DNA of 64,000 nucleotides. Source: a virus. The position numbers were made by a program, and so were the translations under genes. The notes beneath the pieces are model-generated. The model had not been told where the DNA came from. It saw only the letters and a program-made list of their open reading frames with translations, and ran no database searches. Every line of letters starts with the position of its first letter. The stretch's first letter is position 1. The stretch is taken from IMG/VR virus record IMGVR_UViG_3300017750_000002, positions 6,396 through 70,395 of that record. One strand, written 5' to 3'. This document shows, piece by piece, positions 21,616 through 31,353 of the stretch.

Positions 21616-22836
21616 TCAGAACCAATCAAATGATTCTTCAACAGGGGCATCCACTTCAACGGGAGAACCACGCTTTTCAGTCACAAGAACCGAAGAAACA
21701 TTGATAGTCACTGGGTCAGCAACGCCATCAACCAATCGTTGAGAAGTTCGACCAATTACAACAATAGTTGAACCAATACCGAAGTCAATATTTAGATGTT
21801 CGGGAATCCAACAAGTAGTCATATTTGACTCATTATCATAATCAAATTCAGCATTCAAATCAGTAATGTTTAGAATACGATTGCCGTTTGAAGTAGGCAT
21901 CATATTCATATTACAAACAGTACCACTTGTAATTACAAACCTATCCTTTGCAGGTAGAGTTTGTCGAGTAATATGCGCTCGGTCAATTTCAACCAATTCA
22001 ACCATATGACTTTCAAAGTTTTCATTAAGAATACTAACCCAATCAACATCACCCATATCTCGATAGTCTGAGTTTTCTGGGTCTAAATCAGCATTACGGA
22101 TAAGGCTGTTCTTTGTTGTCATAGTCATTCCATAAAGACTGTTTCCATCTTCTGAAGGAATACCAACAAAGTGAACAAAGTCATAGCAATCGGGAATAAA
22201 TTCTACTCCACCTTGATTCTTGTAAGAAAATTGATAAGGCTTCATATCAGCACCATCAACACTTCCATAGAAAACACCACTTCGTCGCATTTGTTCCAAA
22301 GGCAAAGGCTTACCATAATTACGGTTTTCTCCACCATTCATGTATGCTTTAGTATTATCCAAAGGAATAACCATTACACCATCTGGCATTTCTTCCGCAC
22401 CTGTTGGCAAATCGGAAACCATTCGTTCTTGATATTCACCATTATGATAACGGCTAATCATCCACTTACCCAAAGCATTTTGAGTAGCAATTGCTACATG
22501 GCCCTCATTCAAAGCATTATCCGAATCACGGTTGTATTCTTCTTTTGCTCGATTACGATTCCAACTCATCATATCTCTTGGTGCTTCTAAAGCAATAAAG
22601 AAACCAAAGCACTTCTTAACTAAAGAATTGCTTCCACTGCTTGCTGTTTCGCCTTGCTTTTCTCTACGCTTTGCTTGTGCCGCAAAGTTTCGCCAAAGAC
22701 CGATTCCTAAATCGTCATTCAGTTCAACATTGTTTTCGGAACAAATCTCCGTATATTTCGCTGTTGCTTCCTCTACCGTCATACTCAGGTATTGTGCGCT
22801 CTTTTCCAATTCGTTTTGCATTTTTTCGCTTAACAT
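21616..22836 (-). CDS. RPA/SSB-like OB-fold protein
   Basis: C-terminal OB-fold-like strands and an acidic aromatic tail (EESFDWF); replisome context. Confidence 0.6.
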   Translation of the reverse strand: MLSEKMQNELEKSAQYLSMTVEEATAKYTEICSENNVELNDDLGIGLWRNFAAQAKRREKQGETASSGSNSLVKKCFGFFIALEAPRDMMSWNRNRAKEEYNRDSDNALNEGHVAIATQNALGKWMISRYHNGEYQERMVSDLPTGAEEMPDGVMVIPLDNTKAYMNGGENRNYGKPLPLEQMRRSGVFYGSVDGADMKPYQFSYKNQGGVEFIPDCYDFVHFVGIPSEDGNSLYGMTMTTKNSLIRNADLDPENSDYRDMGDVDWVSILNENFESHMVELVEIDRAHITRQTLPAKDRFVITSGTVCNMNMMPTSNGNRILNITDLNAEFDYDNESNMTTCWIPEHLNIDFGIGSTIVVIGRTSQRLVDGVADPVTINVSSVLVTEKRGSPVEVDAPVEESFDWF

Positions 22837-22852
22837 ATTTTCACTTCCTTTT

Positions 22853-23773
22853 TTATATTAGATGTCCAACCATCCATGATATTAACACTTTAGGGGTCAT
22901 GGTAGTCGAACGGTATTCGCTTTCCCCTACTGTTCTTAACAGTTTATACTTGGTTGTGTTATCCAAGCCAGCCGAAGCAATAATAGCATTGTGCAAACCT
23001 AAACAGATTTGTTTTACGCTACGACCCTCATAAACAAGTTTATGTAGGTCTGTTAATGCTTTGTTTGGATTTTTATTAAGTATTTCAATTAGTATTTCAT
23101 TGTATTCTTTGTGAGATGATTCTATTTGTTTCGATAATGAGAAACCGGAAGACTTAGCCGCCTGTATCTCGGTAATCGCCCTGCGTAAGTCACCATCCAC
23201 CTCGTATATGAAGGTTGCCAATTCATCATCAGCAAAGACATTTACTTGCTCTTTTTGAAGTATTGATTTGATTACTTCTAAAATTACTTCATTGTTCAGT
23301 GGCTTAAAATGATAGTTAGCGCACCGACTTTGAAGTGGATGAATAATCTTGCTTCTATCATTACAAGTAATAATGAAACGAACATTATTAGCGTATCTTT
23401 CTGCCATTCGTTTCAATGCACTTTGAGCATCAATTGTCATGCCGCCTAATTCATCCAGCAGGATAATTCTAAATGGTGCATCGCCAATTGTGCCACTTTG
23501 AGCAATAGTCTTGATTGTAGTTCTAACAACTTCAAGTCTCCTATCATCCGAAGCATTTACTTCAACAAAGTTATCTTTGAAACTATCACCAAGAATACCT
23601 TTTGCTAAAGCGATACCTGCGGCTGTTTTACCTGTACCAGCATTACCAAAAAATAGAACATTTGGCATATTTCCTTCTTCAATCCAAGTAGTTGCATCCA
23701 TTACAAAGTGTTCTTGTCCTACAATTTCACCAATCTTATTGGGCCGGTATTTTTCTGTCCATAACATTTTCAT
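22853..23773 (-). CDS. rfcS: Replication factor C small subunit
   Basis: WTEKYRP, GNAGTGKT, NASDDR, LLDE, SRC and GDLRRAI motifs. Confidence 0.95.
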   Translation of the reverse strand: MKMLWTEKYRPNKIGEIVGQEHFVMDATTWIEEGNMPNVLFFGNAGTGKTAAGIALAKGILGDSFKDNFVEVNASDDRRLEVVRTTIKTIAQSGTIGDAPFRIILLDELGGMTIDAQSALKRMAERYANNVRFIITCNDRSKIIHPLQSRCANYHFKPLNNEVILEVIKSILQKEQVNVFADDELATFIYEVDGDLRRAITEIQAAKSSGFSLSKQIESSHKEYNEILIEILNKNPNKALTDLHKLVYEGRSVKQICLGLHNAIIASAGLDNTTKYKLLRTVGESEYRSTTMTPKVLISWMVGHLI

Positions 23774-24038
23774 ATTCCTCCTTTAATTTCCATATTGTTT
23801 GTCTTGTTTCTTCACAAAAGCCATGTTTTTCTGCAATTGGGCGCATAATCATTCCTAGTTGTGTTGTTGTTGGAACATCCCACCTTGTGTTTCTTTTGTA
23901 TTTTACCTTACCACTACGCCTTCTTCCCGAAATGGAAGGAGATTCCTTCAACAAGGTTAGTATTTCAGAAGTGGTCATAGGTTTTGCATATTCATTCATT
24001 AGTTTTTTAATTCTTTCTTTATTCTTTTTATTCTTCAT
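23736..24038 (-). CDS. Small basic, putative winged-helix protein
   Basis: Lys/Arg-rich; MTTSEI...PTTTQLG pattern. Confidence 0.45.
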   Translation of the reverse strand: MKNKKNKERIKKLMNEYAKPMTTSEILTLLKESPSISGRRRSGKVKYKRNTRWDVPTTTQLGMIMRPIAEKHGFCEETRQTIWKLKEEYENVMDRKIPAQ

Positions 24039-24886
24039 AGGTAATCCCCCAGTGTTTTTTGCTGAACCTTAACAGGGTCAGTCTTCTTTCTTCGCCTTTT
24101 CTCACCAAGACCAAGAATACGGCATTCTCCGTTATTCAGTTTTGTCTTAGCATATTCGACAAATTCTTCGTCTTTTAAATACTGTCGAAGTAGGCGTTCT
24201 TCTCCGGTTTTTATTCCTACCCTTTTAATAAGTTTTGGCTTCTGTGAATACTTTCCACGCTTAGGCATTTTAACTTGACCAAATTGTTTTCCAGCATGTG
24301 CATATGCCAACATTTCATAAAAGTAATTCTGTGACCATCTTCGCTTAACAACTCCATCAACGAACAATATCTTATTTGGGTGTAGGTTTTCTACCAACCA
24401 AGAAAGTATTTGAGTATCTGCTGGTTTGTTGTGTTTCAGTATCTTTGCTATCAAATCTCTATCAGTTTCTCTAAGATACATTGACACTAAACTGTAAGTA
24501 TCTTGTTCAATTGATAGTGGTTCTAAAGAACGAGGGGCCATTTCCATAATGTTCTCTAACAAGTATTTGTTAGAACCTGCTCTCTTTATTTGGCACATAG
24601 CCTTAATGTCTTTAGGTACGCTTTTTTCGTTGATAGAAGTAATAATAACTTGTCCTCTATACTTTCTAAGGACATTTAAAATTTCATCCTTCTTAGGTTT
24701 AAGATGAATATCTTCTATGATTATTCCATCATCTTTTGACATTGAACCCAAATCTTTGATTCCCATTTCATTTGCATAGAAAATTGGAGCATTAGGTAAT
24801 AGTTCCCTTGCCTTAAAGGATTTACCTGTTCCAGTTTTTCCAGTTAAAAGAAACGGCCTTTTTGTTTCCATTGTTGTAAAACCCAT
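24035..24886 (-). CDS. RFC large-subunit-like ATPase
   Basis: GKTGTGKS, IIEDIH and C-terminal PIP-box-like QKTLGDYL. Confidence 0.65.
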   Translation of the reverse strand: MGFTTMETKRPFLLTGKTGTGKSFKARELLPNAPIFYANEMGIKDLGSMSKDDGIIIEDIHLKPKKDEILNVLRKYRGQVIITSINEKSVPKDIKAMCQIKRAGSNKYLLENIMEMAPRSLEPLSIEQDTYSLVSMYLRETDRDLIAKILKHNKPADTQILSWLVENLHPNKILFVDGVVKRRWSQNYFYEMLAYAHAGKQFGQVKMPKRGKYSQKPKLIKRVGIKTGEERLLRQYLKDEEFVEYAKTKLNNGECRILGLGEKRRRKKTDPVKVQQKTLGDYL

Positions 24887-25284
24887 TACTCAACACCTTT
24901 GAGTTCAAAGAGTCTTTCAAGTCCTTCTAATTGAAGGTGTCTGTCATTAGCAACAATGTCAACTGCTTCTCTAAATACAAGCCATTCTTTCTTTGCATCC
25001 GGTAGATTATCTGGAATAAGTTCACAAAGTCTATACAAGTTCTTAATACCACCAATCCTAAGAATTGGTTTAAGGCGACTACTATGTTCTTTATCACGAT
25101 AAGTTGTTGTTATTTGGTGTTGAAGTAAAGCCCTTTCAACTGCTTTTAGAAATGCTTCTGTTGCTCTAAGATTAACTCTTAGCCTGACTCGATAGCCAAT
25201 TTGTGACTTATCACTTCTATCTAAATGAATTTCAACTTTTGACAGTCCTAACATTATTCCAATTAACATATCTTTACTAAACAT
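24886..25284 (-). CDS. Degenerate LAGLIDADG-fold protein
   Basis: LIGIMLGLS helix, YRVRLRV strand, and a C-terminal HLQLEGLERL like LAGLIDADG homing endonucleases; lacks the catalytic acidic residue. Confidence 0.6.
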   Translation of the reverse strand: MFSKDMLIGIMLGLSKVEIHLDRSDKSQIGYRVRLRVNLRATEAFLKAVERALLQHQITTTYRDKEHSSRLKPILRIGGIKNLYRLCELIPDNLPDAKKEWLVFREAVDIVANDRHLQLEGLERLFELKGVE

Positions 25285-25286
25285 AA

Positions 25287-25736
25287 TTATTCCTCCTTCT
25301 TTGCGTATTCATTGTTGTCCGGCCAATATCCATCAACTTGCATATTAGTTTCCAACCAAAAGAAATGCGCCGCTTCAATAGTTTCTTTGCCACGAATTAT
25401 GGCATTCCTTTCAGCATTAGCAACCATATTTCTTATTGCTGTATCTGCCCATTCTTTCAATAGTCGGATTGCACCATGACTGATTGATAAATCAGTTTCA
25501 CTGTTAGCAATCTTACGAAGGCTGAAAGTAGTATTCATCTTGTATTTTTCAACAGGTTCAGGTTCGGGTGTAATAAACTCTCCATCCTTAAAATAAGGAA
25601 CCCTCTTAGCCAGCATTTTAGTTGGTCTTCCTTGAGTAGTGGTAATATCTTTCAAATGTGCATATCCTTGTGAATCAATCTTAACACAAGAATATGTCTT
25701 AAAATCAATTACTGTTAATTTTCCTACTTCTATCAT
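25287..25736 (-). CDS. Protein with C-terminal archaeal histone fold
   Basis: LRKIA...SISHGAIRLLKEWADTAIRNMVANAERNAIIRGKETIEAAH matches the histone-fold pattern. Confidence 0.7.
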   Translation of the reverse strand: MIEVGKLTVIDFKTYSCVKIDSQGYAHLKDITTTQGRPTKMLAKRVPYFKDGEFITPEPEPVEKYKMNTTFSLRKIANSETDLSISHGAIRLLKEWADTAIRNMVANAERNAIIRGKETIEAAHFFWLETNMQVDGYWPDNNEYAKKEE

Positions 25737-27262
25737 ATTAATCTCTCCACATCTTCAATCGTGTTTATGTCTGCTACGAACTTATCGTCACGGATTCTAT
25801 TCATCCGAGGGAATCGCAAACCAATATTACCCTTTGCATCGGTGCTAACTAAATCAGCCTTAACTTCTAAAACAATTCTTGGTAAGAACTCGTATCTTCC
25901 GTTCGAGAAGTTCTCAACAATCTTTCTCAATTGTCCTGTCAAGCGAATTAAATCTAAATCTGAAAAGCCAGTACCAATAGAACCAATGTTAGTAAAGCCA
26001 TTGTCGGACTTTACGCCGATTTCAAATGTACCGAATACATTTGACCTACGACCTTCACCATAAGAAGCCGCAAGAATAACCACATCTAATTCAATTTGTG
26101 GGGGTTTGTATTTAGCCCAACCCGTACTTCTTTTACCTGCTTCATAAGGCATAGATGCATCTTTGACAATAATACCTTCAAAGCCATCATTAATTGCTTG
26201 ATGATAAAAAGCCATTACATCTCCATCTTTATCCATTCGGTGCGCTTGGTCTGGATTTGATTTAAAAATCTCTAATCTGTCAGAATAAGATAAGTCCATA
26301 ATCGTGCGCTCTCCCCACTTCAAACAGTCGAAGATAACCCACCGTACCGGCACTCTATTCATGGCCTCCGTATGGTCCTTAGAATGCACTCTCGTACCCA
26401 TTTTCTTATGCTCATCGGGCGTTCCGTCGTCTTTGACTGGATAAATTTCACCGTCTAAAATCACCTGCATAACCTCATATTTACTTACCAGTTCTGCAAC
26501 ATCAGCAAATTGAGGTGTGACTATTTTACCCTTTCGATTAAAAATAATCACATCATTTCCATTCTTATGGATTTGATACCTATTACCATCATACTTGTAA
26601 TCAACAATTCTATTTGTCGGCCACTTAGCCATAGGTACTTCTTTCGCAAGCATTGGTTTAATGAACTTACCATGTGTTAAATTACAAGGTGGAATTTCTT
26701 CTCGCTCATAATAAGAAACAACATCTCTAATTGAATTGAAGTTACAGTGCTTCTTAACTACACCAAGTTTTTTATTGAAATGCTTTGCAATAATCTTCTT
26801 TACTACTCCATCTCGCAAACCATTCCTCGTTGTCTTTAACCAATGACGAATAAACCATTTTGCTTCTAAAGCAGATAAGTCTGCTAAGAAAGCATCAATT
26901 GTTCTATATGCTTCCGAATCAACCCCACCACAATCTAATGAAATGATTCTGTAAAATGTAGCAAGACTGTGTTCTGTTTGTGTCACCGCCGATGGGTCGA
27001 GATAATAAATAGCATCTCCCAAATCATCATGGGCGTTGTATTCTTGTTCAATCTCATCATCAAAACAGTTATACATCTTAGTAAGCCATTTCTTCGCCTT
27101 TGCCAAACCAATATTGTTTGATTCGTATTCCTGTGAAAGAATAGCAAAGAAAGTTGCCTTGTCTTCAAAATTCTCCAGTTCCTTCGAAATTACTATTACT
27201 TGTCGTGTTGGTGTCAATAATTCTGTCGCTTCCATTAATCTCGCCATTTTTGTCATCGTCAT
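25733..27262 (-). CDS. lig: ATP-dependent DNA ligase
   Basis: PMLA, KYDGNR, LDGE, FD, EGIIVK, WAKYK and LRFPR motifs. Confidence 0.96.
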   Translation of the reverse strand: MTMTKMARLMEATELLTPTRQVIVISKELENFEDKATFFAILSQEYESNNIGLAKAKKWLTKMYNCFDDEIEQEYNAHDDLGDAIYYLDPSAVTQTEHSLATFYRIISLDCGGVDSEAYRTIDAFLADLSALEAKWFIRHWLKTTRNGLRDGVVKKIIAKHFNKKLGVVKKHCNFNSIRDVVSYYEREEIPPCNLTHGKFIKPMLAKEVPMAKWPTNRIVDYKYDGNRYQIHKNGNDVIIFNRKGKIVTPQFADVAELVSKYEVMQVILDGEIYPVKDDGTPDEHKKMGTRVHSKDHTEAMNRVPVRWVIFDCLKWGERTIMDLSYSDRLEIFKSNPDQAHRMDKDGDVMAFYHQAINDGFEGIIVKDASMPYEAGKRSTGWAKYKPPQIELDVVILAASYGEGRRSNVFGTFEIGVKSDNGFTNIGSIGTGFSDLDLIRLTGQLRKIVENFSNGRYEFLPRIVLEVKADLVSTDAKGNIGLRFPRMNRIRDDKFVADINTIEDVERLI

Positions 27263-27375
27263 CTATAATCACTTCTCCTTTGTTTATTTTTATAATTAAT
27301 TCTTTTAGAAGGTTGCTTATCTTTCCTTCGTTCTTTTCTGAATAAGACCACATAGCATTTGCTAAGTATGTCCAA

Positions 27376-27711
27376 TCATTCTTCTTCATCAAGACCACCT
27401 ATTAATCTAGCAAAATTTACATTCATCATGTGAACAGTATTTGCTTCTTGGGTCTTATTAATTGCCAAGAACTTATCAGTCATGGTTAGTAGTGTTGCTT
27501 GAGTGGTAAAGATAGCATACTTGGATAACTCATCATCTGTTTGAATTTCCCAATACATTACATAAGTAGCCTTAGTATATTGATTGGCTTTACTCATTGT
27601 TGCGAATTGCTGATTAAAAGCATCCAGCCATCGGCCTTCTAGTTTCTTTCTAATTCCTTTAGCCCATACATTCATAGACTTATCTGTTTGCCAATGTTTT
27701 TCATAATTCAT
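27376..27711 (-). CDS. Hypothetical protein
   Basis: Coupled ORF in operon. Confidence 0.55.
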   Translation of the reverse strand: MNYEKHWQTDKSMNVWAKGIRKKLEGRWLDAFNQQFATMSKANQYTKATYVMYWEIQTDDELSKYAIFTTQATLLTMTDKFLAINKTQEANTVHMMNVNFARLIGGLDEEE

Positions 27712-28043
27712 TCTTCTTCACCACTTGCTCTTTTTAGTTCTGCCTTAACAGTGGACATTCTGTTTCTCTCTTCTTCCATAAACTTATCAATTAAGTTCTC
27801 AAACTTTGAGTAAGCCATTTCAACATGATATGTTTGAACACGGCATCCTTGTCCTGTATTTGGTTCTTGTAGCATTTGTTCTTCAATAAATAATGCAAAC
27901 CTATCAACTAATGCGCTTGCTTTGTATTGGAATCTTGCAACAGAATTACCATTTGAACTTCCATGTTGTCTTCTTGGATTTGCCTTCTTTAAAGACTTTC
28001 TCGCTTGTGCTTCCGCAATTCTTTTTTCTTGATAATCACTCAT
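27708..28043 (-). CDS. Hypothetical protein, weakly histone-fold-like
   Basis: Basic N-terminus, a long helix, then RVQTYHVEMAY. Confidence 0.45.
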   Translation of the reverse strand: MSDYQEKRIAEAQARKSLKKANPRRQHGSSNGNSVARFQYKASALVDRFALFIEEQMLQEPNTGQGCRVQTYHVEMAYSKFENLIDKFMEEERNRMSTVKAELKRASGEEE

Positions 28044-28239
28044 CTAAAACCCTCTTTAATATATTCAATAATATTTTTGCTTCTTCCATATTCAAACGAA
28101 TACCTTTTCTTGTTGGCTTATTGTTTGAGTGCCAACGAATATCCAAGACTTTGATATTGTAATACTCGCCTGTTTTAACAAGAATCTCATCTGTTGAGTT
28201 TCTTGCTATTGTTCCTTTAGTTTCAAAATCATCACTCAT
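28036..28239 (-). CDS. PC4-like ssDNA-binding protein
   Basis: LDIRW...PTRKGIRL is the PC4/Sub1 signature. Confidence 0.8.
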   Translation of the reverse strand: MSDDFETKGTIARNSTDEILVKTGEYYNIKVLDIRWHSNNKPTRKGIRLNMEEAKILLNILKRVLDE

Positions 28240-28633
28240 TGAACCACCCCTGTTTGAATTTATCCAATTCTTTTCTTGAAGTGAAGTATCTCGGTGTATC
28301 TAATTCATCTAGCCGATTAACAATCCAACAGGAACCACCAATGCTTGATACTTGAACTACTTCATACTGACCATCATTAACATTAACTACTTCAATAGTA
28401 TTCATTTCTGGAACTAATCCATAGGTCTTCGTGATTTCATTTGCTACTTCATGGATATTATCAACAACATATTTAATAATGTGCGCTCGTTGAATGGGTA
28501 TCTTCGGTGCAACTTTGATTGATAACTTACCTTTCATTCCACAAACCTTACATTTGTTTCCTTCACAAATAGGGCAGGGTATTTCAGCATTATGTGGTGC
28601 TGGTAATGTCACTGTCACTGCTCTCTTTTTCAT
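28232..28633 (-). CDS. Protein with DnaJ-type Zn-finger repeats
   Basis: CPICEG...CKVCGMKG. Confidence 0.5.
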   Translation of the reverse strand: MKKRAVTVTLPAPHNAEIPCPICEGNKCKVCGMKGKLSIKVAPKIPIQRAHIIKYVVDNIHEVANEITKTYGLVPEMNTIEVVNVNDGQYEVVQVSSIGGSCWIVNRLDELDTPRYFTSRKELDKFKQGWFNE

Positions 28634-28738
28634 TTTATCGCCTCACTTTTAAATCATAAAGACAATCAACACACATACCATGATTTTTTATGTAGTGGGC
28701 ATTTGTTTCTTCACCGCACTTTGGACACTTAATCATAT

Positions 28739-30250
28739 TTATTCCTCCAATAACACAGCAACTTCAGTAGTCAAGAATAATGATGCAATTGACATAGCCG
28801 CATTAAAACTTCCCTTAGTCACCTTTACGGGGTCAATAACCCCTGCTTCAAACAAATCTTCATACTTTTCAGTAAGAGCATTATAACCATAGTGCGGGTT
28901 TCCATTTTGGAATACAGGGAAAGGTTCATCACTATGACCACCATTTCGCAGTAAAACAACTGCAGGTTCAGATAAAGCGTCATAAACAATCTTATGTCCG
29001 GTCTTTTCAATTGCTAGGTTCTTTCTAGCATTTAGCAAACCATATCCACCACCAACAATAATACCTTCAGCAAGAGCGGCCTTAGTTGCATTTAGAGCAT
29101 CATCTAATCGTTCTTTCTTTTCACGCATTTCAAGAGATGAAGATGCACCAATTTGAATTGTAGCAATACCTCCACTCAACCGAGAGATGCGCTTCTTCAA
29201 ACGCTTCTTATCGAAATCATCATCAATTGTATCAAATACTGACTTAAGAGTATTGATTCGTTCATCGGCAGATTTACCTCCAATAATAGTAGTAGATTCC
29301 TTTGTAATGATAATCTTCTCACAACTACCAAGTTCATCAAGAGTCACCAATTCGGGGTCGTCTTTACTTTCATCTGTATGGAGCCTACCACCAACAATAG
29401 AAACAATATCACCAAGTTCATCTAATTGAGCATCACCAAAATTAGGTGCGGTGACAACAGCAACTTCAATTGTCTTTTGTAGAATATTCATAATGATATT
29501 GTTTAATGCAGTACCATCCATTCCTTTGACGAATAGAACCATTGGTCGCTTTTCTACTGCGGCCATTTCCAACATTGGCAATACTTCTGAAAAGTTCTTC
29601 ATAGCCAAATTAGAAGTAAAGATTAGAGGATTAGTGAAGGTTGTTTTCCCATCTTCACCATTAGCCATTAGGTGACTTAAGTACCCTTCATCAATCTCCA
29701 AACCTTTACGAATAACCATATTCGTTCTATGGCTATTTGACTCTTCAACAGTAATAATTCCATCACGACCAACTCCTTCCAAAGCAGTGCTAATTAGACC
29801 ACCAAGATAACTATCATTGTTTGCCGCAATAGTAGCAACATTTAGAATATCAGCATCGCCAATATCACAAGCCATCATTTCAAGATGTTCAATAACAATA
29901 TCTTGTGCTTCCTTCAATTCCTTAGAAAGAGTGTGAAGGTTAGCAACATCAGCGTTATTGATTTGTTCACACAATGCTCTTGCAATAACACAAGCAGTTG
30001 TTGTTCCGTCACCGGAATTATCTTGTGCTTTACTTGCCAAGTTTTGAACCATTTGAACACCCATTTGAACATAAGGGTCTTCATGTGAAACATACTTCGT
30101 AATAGTCACACCGTCGTTAATAATAACAGGTGGATTACCTTGAAGAATTACTGTCTTTGCTTGTGGCCCAAGTGTAGGCAATACAGTATCAGCAACCAAA
30201 TTAATTCCTTGTAATAGTTTTTCTTTTACTTCTTTTCCATGTATAATCAT
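28739..30250 (-). CDS. groEL: Group I chaperonin (GroEL/Cpn60)
   Basis: TLGP, NDGVTI, GDGTTT, IAANND, APNFGD, ERLDDALNAT and GVIDP motifs; no GGM tail. Confidence 0.95.
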   Translation of the reverse strand: MIIHGKEVKEKLLQGINLVADTVLPTLGPQAKTVILQGNPPVIINDGVTITKYVSHEDPYVQMGVQMVQNLASKAQDNSGDGTTTACVIARALCEQINNADVANLHTLSKELKEAQDIVIEHLEMMACDIGDADILNVATIAANNDSYLGGLISTALEGVGRDGIITVEESNSHRTNMVIRKGLEIDEGYLSHLMANGEDGKTTFTNPLIFTSNLAMKNFSEVLPMLEMAAVEKRPMVLFVKGMDGTALNNIIMNILQKTIEVAVVTAPNFGDAQLDELGDIVSIVGGRLHTDESKDDPELVTLDELGSCEKIIITKESTTIIGGKSADERINTLKSVFDTIDDDFDKKRLKKRISRLSGGIATIQIGASSSLEMREKKERLDDALNATKAALAEGIIVGGGYGLLNARKNLAIEKTGHKIVYDALSEPAVVLLRNGGHSDEPFPVFQNGNPHYGYNALTEKYEDLFEAGVIDPVKVTKGSFNAAMSIASLFLTTEVAVLLEE

Positions 30251-30254
30251 ATCT

Positions 30255-30269
30255 TATTCCTCCTTAAAA
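30255..30269 (+). repeat. 15-bp direct repeat TATTCCTCCTTAAAA, copy 1 (copy 2 at 31018-31032)
   Basis: Identical copies flank ORF 30264-31013. Confidence 0.85.
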
Positions 30270-31013
30270 TAGGTAGTTCCATATCAGTATCGCACCCATG
30301 ATGCTTCCAAATAGTGCTGCTTGTTTCATGCTGTCTAGTGCTTTAATATCCAAAAACATAGCACTCACTTTATTATCCAGCCAAAAACTACTATCATCAA
30401 TAGTAATGCTTGTCCACTCTAATGCACTATCAATGGTAGGAAGGCAGAAATGATACCAATAACCATCCGTTACAATAAAACGATACTCATTAACATTAGG
30501 AACGGAAGCCAAAAAGTCCTCCACTTGTTCAATGCCTTTATGAGTTTGGTTGGGGGCTTCTGCTTCAATTAGCCACTTGATAGGTGCTTTGTGTCCCTTA
30601 AAAGAAACAGTGAGTAAATAATCCAAATACTTGTTTTTGTTATCAACTGTTTTAAAATGAGGTTCTCTACTAAATTCAATCTTGCGTTTTTCACTTTTGG
30701 CTCTTGTGGAAATAGTTTGAATCATTGGCTCAATCAATAATTCTTGAATCGCAGTTTCTGGTTTTGTTTGAACCAAAAAATGTGCGCTACGCATAAACCC
30801 ATTATTTAATAATGCAGTTTTTCCTTCTTCTGTTAATTTCTCAAGAAGAGGTGCAAGGCTTTTAGATTCGGAATAGTAATATTTCTTAGCCTGTTTTCTT
30901 TTAGCCTTTCTTTCTTCCTTAACTGCTTGTATTTTCTTTTCTTTACATGTTCTAGCGGTATGGCCGGTAGCCCCGCAGAATCCACATTTCATATCTTTTA
31001 CTGTTTTATTCAT
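30264..31013 (-). CDS. Zn-knuckle plus restriction-like PD-(D/E)xK domain protein with hydrophobic C-terminus
   Basis: CGFCGATGHTARTC; LDYLL...LIEAE...Q...IVTDG resembles HsdR_N-type nucleases. Confidence 0.6.
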   Translation of the reverse strand: MNKTVKDMKCGFCGATGHTARTCKEKKIQAVKEERKAKRKQAKKYYYSESKSLAPLLEKLTEEGKTALLNNGFMRSAHFLVQTKPETAIQELLIEPMIQTISTRAKSEKRKIEFSREPHFKTVDNKNKYLDYLLTVSFKGHKAPIKWLIEAEAPNQTHKGIEQVEDFLASVPNVNEYRFIVTDGYWYHFCLPTIDSALEWTSITIDDSSFWLDNKVSAMFLDIKALDSMKQAALFGSIMGAILIWNYLF

Positions 31014-31026
31014 ATTCTATTCCTCC

Positions 31027-31353
31027 TTAAAACGATTTGCCATGCATATATTCACGGCTTTGATTGTATTCAATCTTAGCGATAATCGCACCCGCTACAT
31101 CTAAATCTTTACCAAACGAATAATCCATAATACGAATTACAGCGTCGGCTAATTCTTCTTCGAGAGAAGAAAACTCCATAATCTTACTTGATGAAGGATT
31201 TCCATCTCTAAGGGCTTCAAGTGCTTCACTGATTTCAGCATGGATTAAAGCCATGCGTTCACCGTCATTTGGGTCTTCTTTCCAGAAACCATGATTTACT
31301 GCGTTCTTGTAAATCTTCTTAGCAATTCTTTCCCATTCCTTTTCAAACTTCAT
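31027..31353 (-). CDS. MazG-like NTP pyrophosphohydrolase
   Basis: AEISEALE...EEELAD...KIEYNQSR. Confidence 0.88.
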   Translation of the reverse strand: MKFEKEWERIAKKIYKNAVNHGFWKEDPNDGERMALIHAEISEALEALRDGNPSSSKIMEFSSLEEELADAVIRIMDYSFGKDLDVAGAIIAKIEYNQSREYMHGKSF

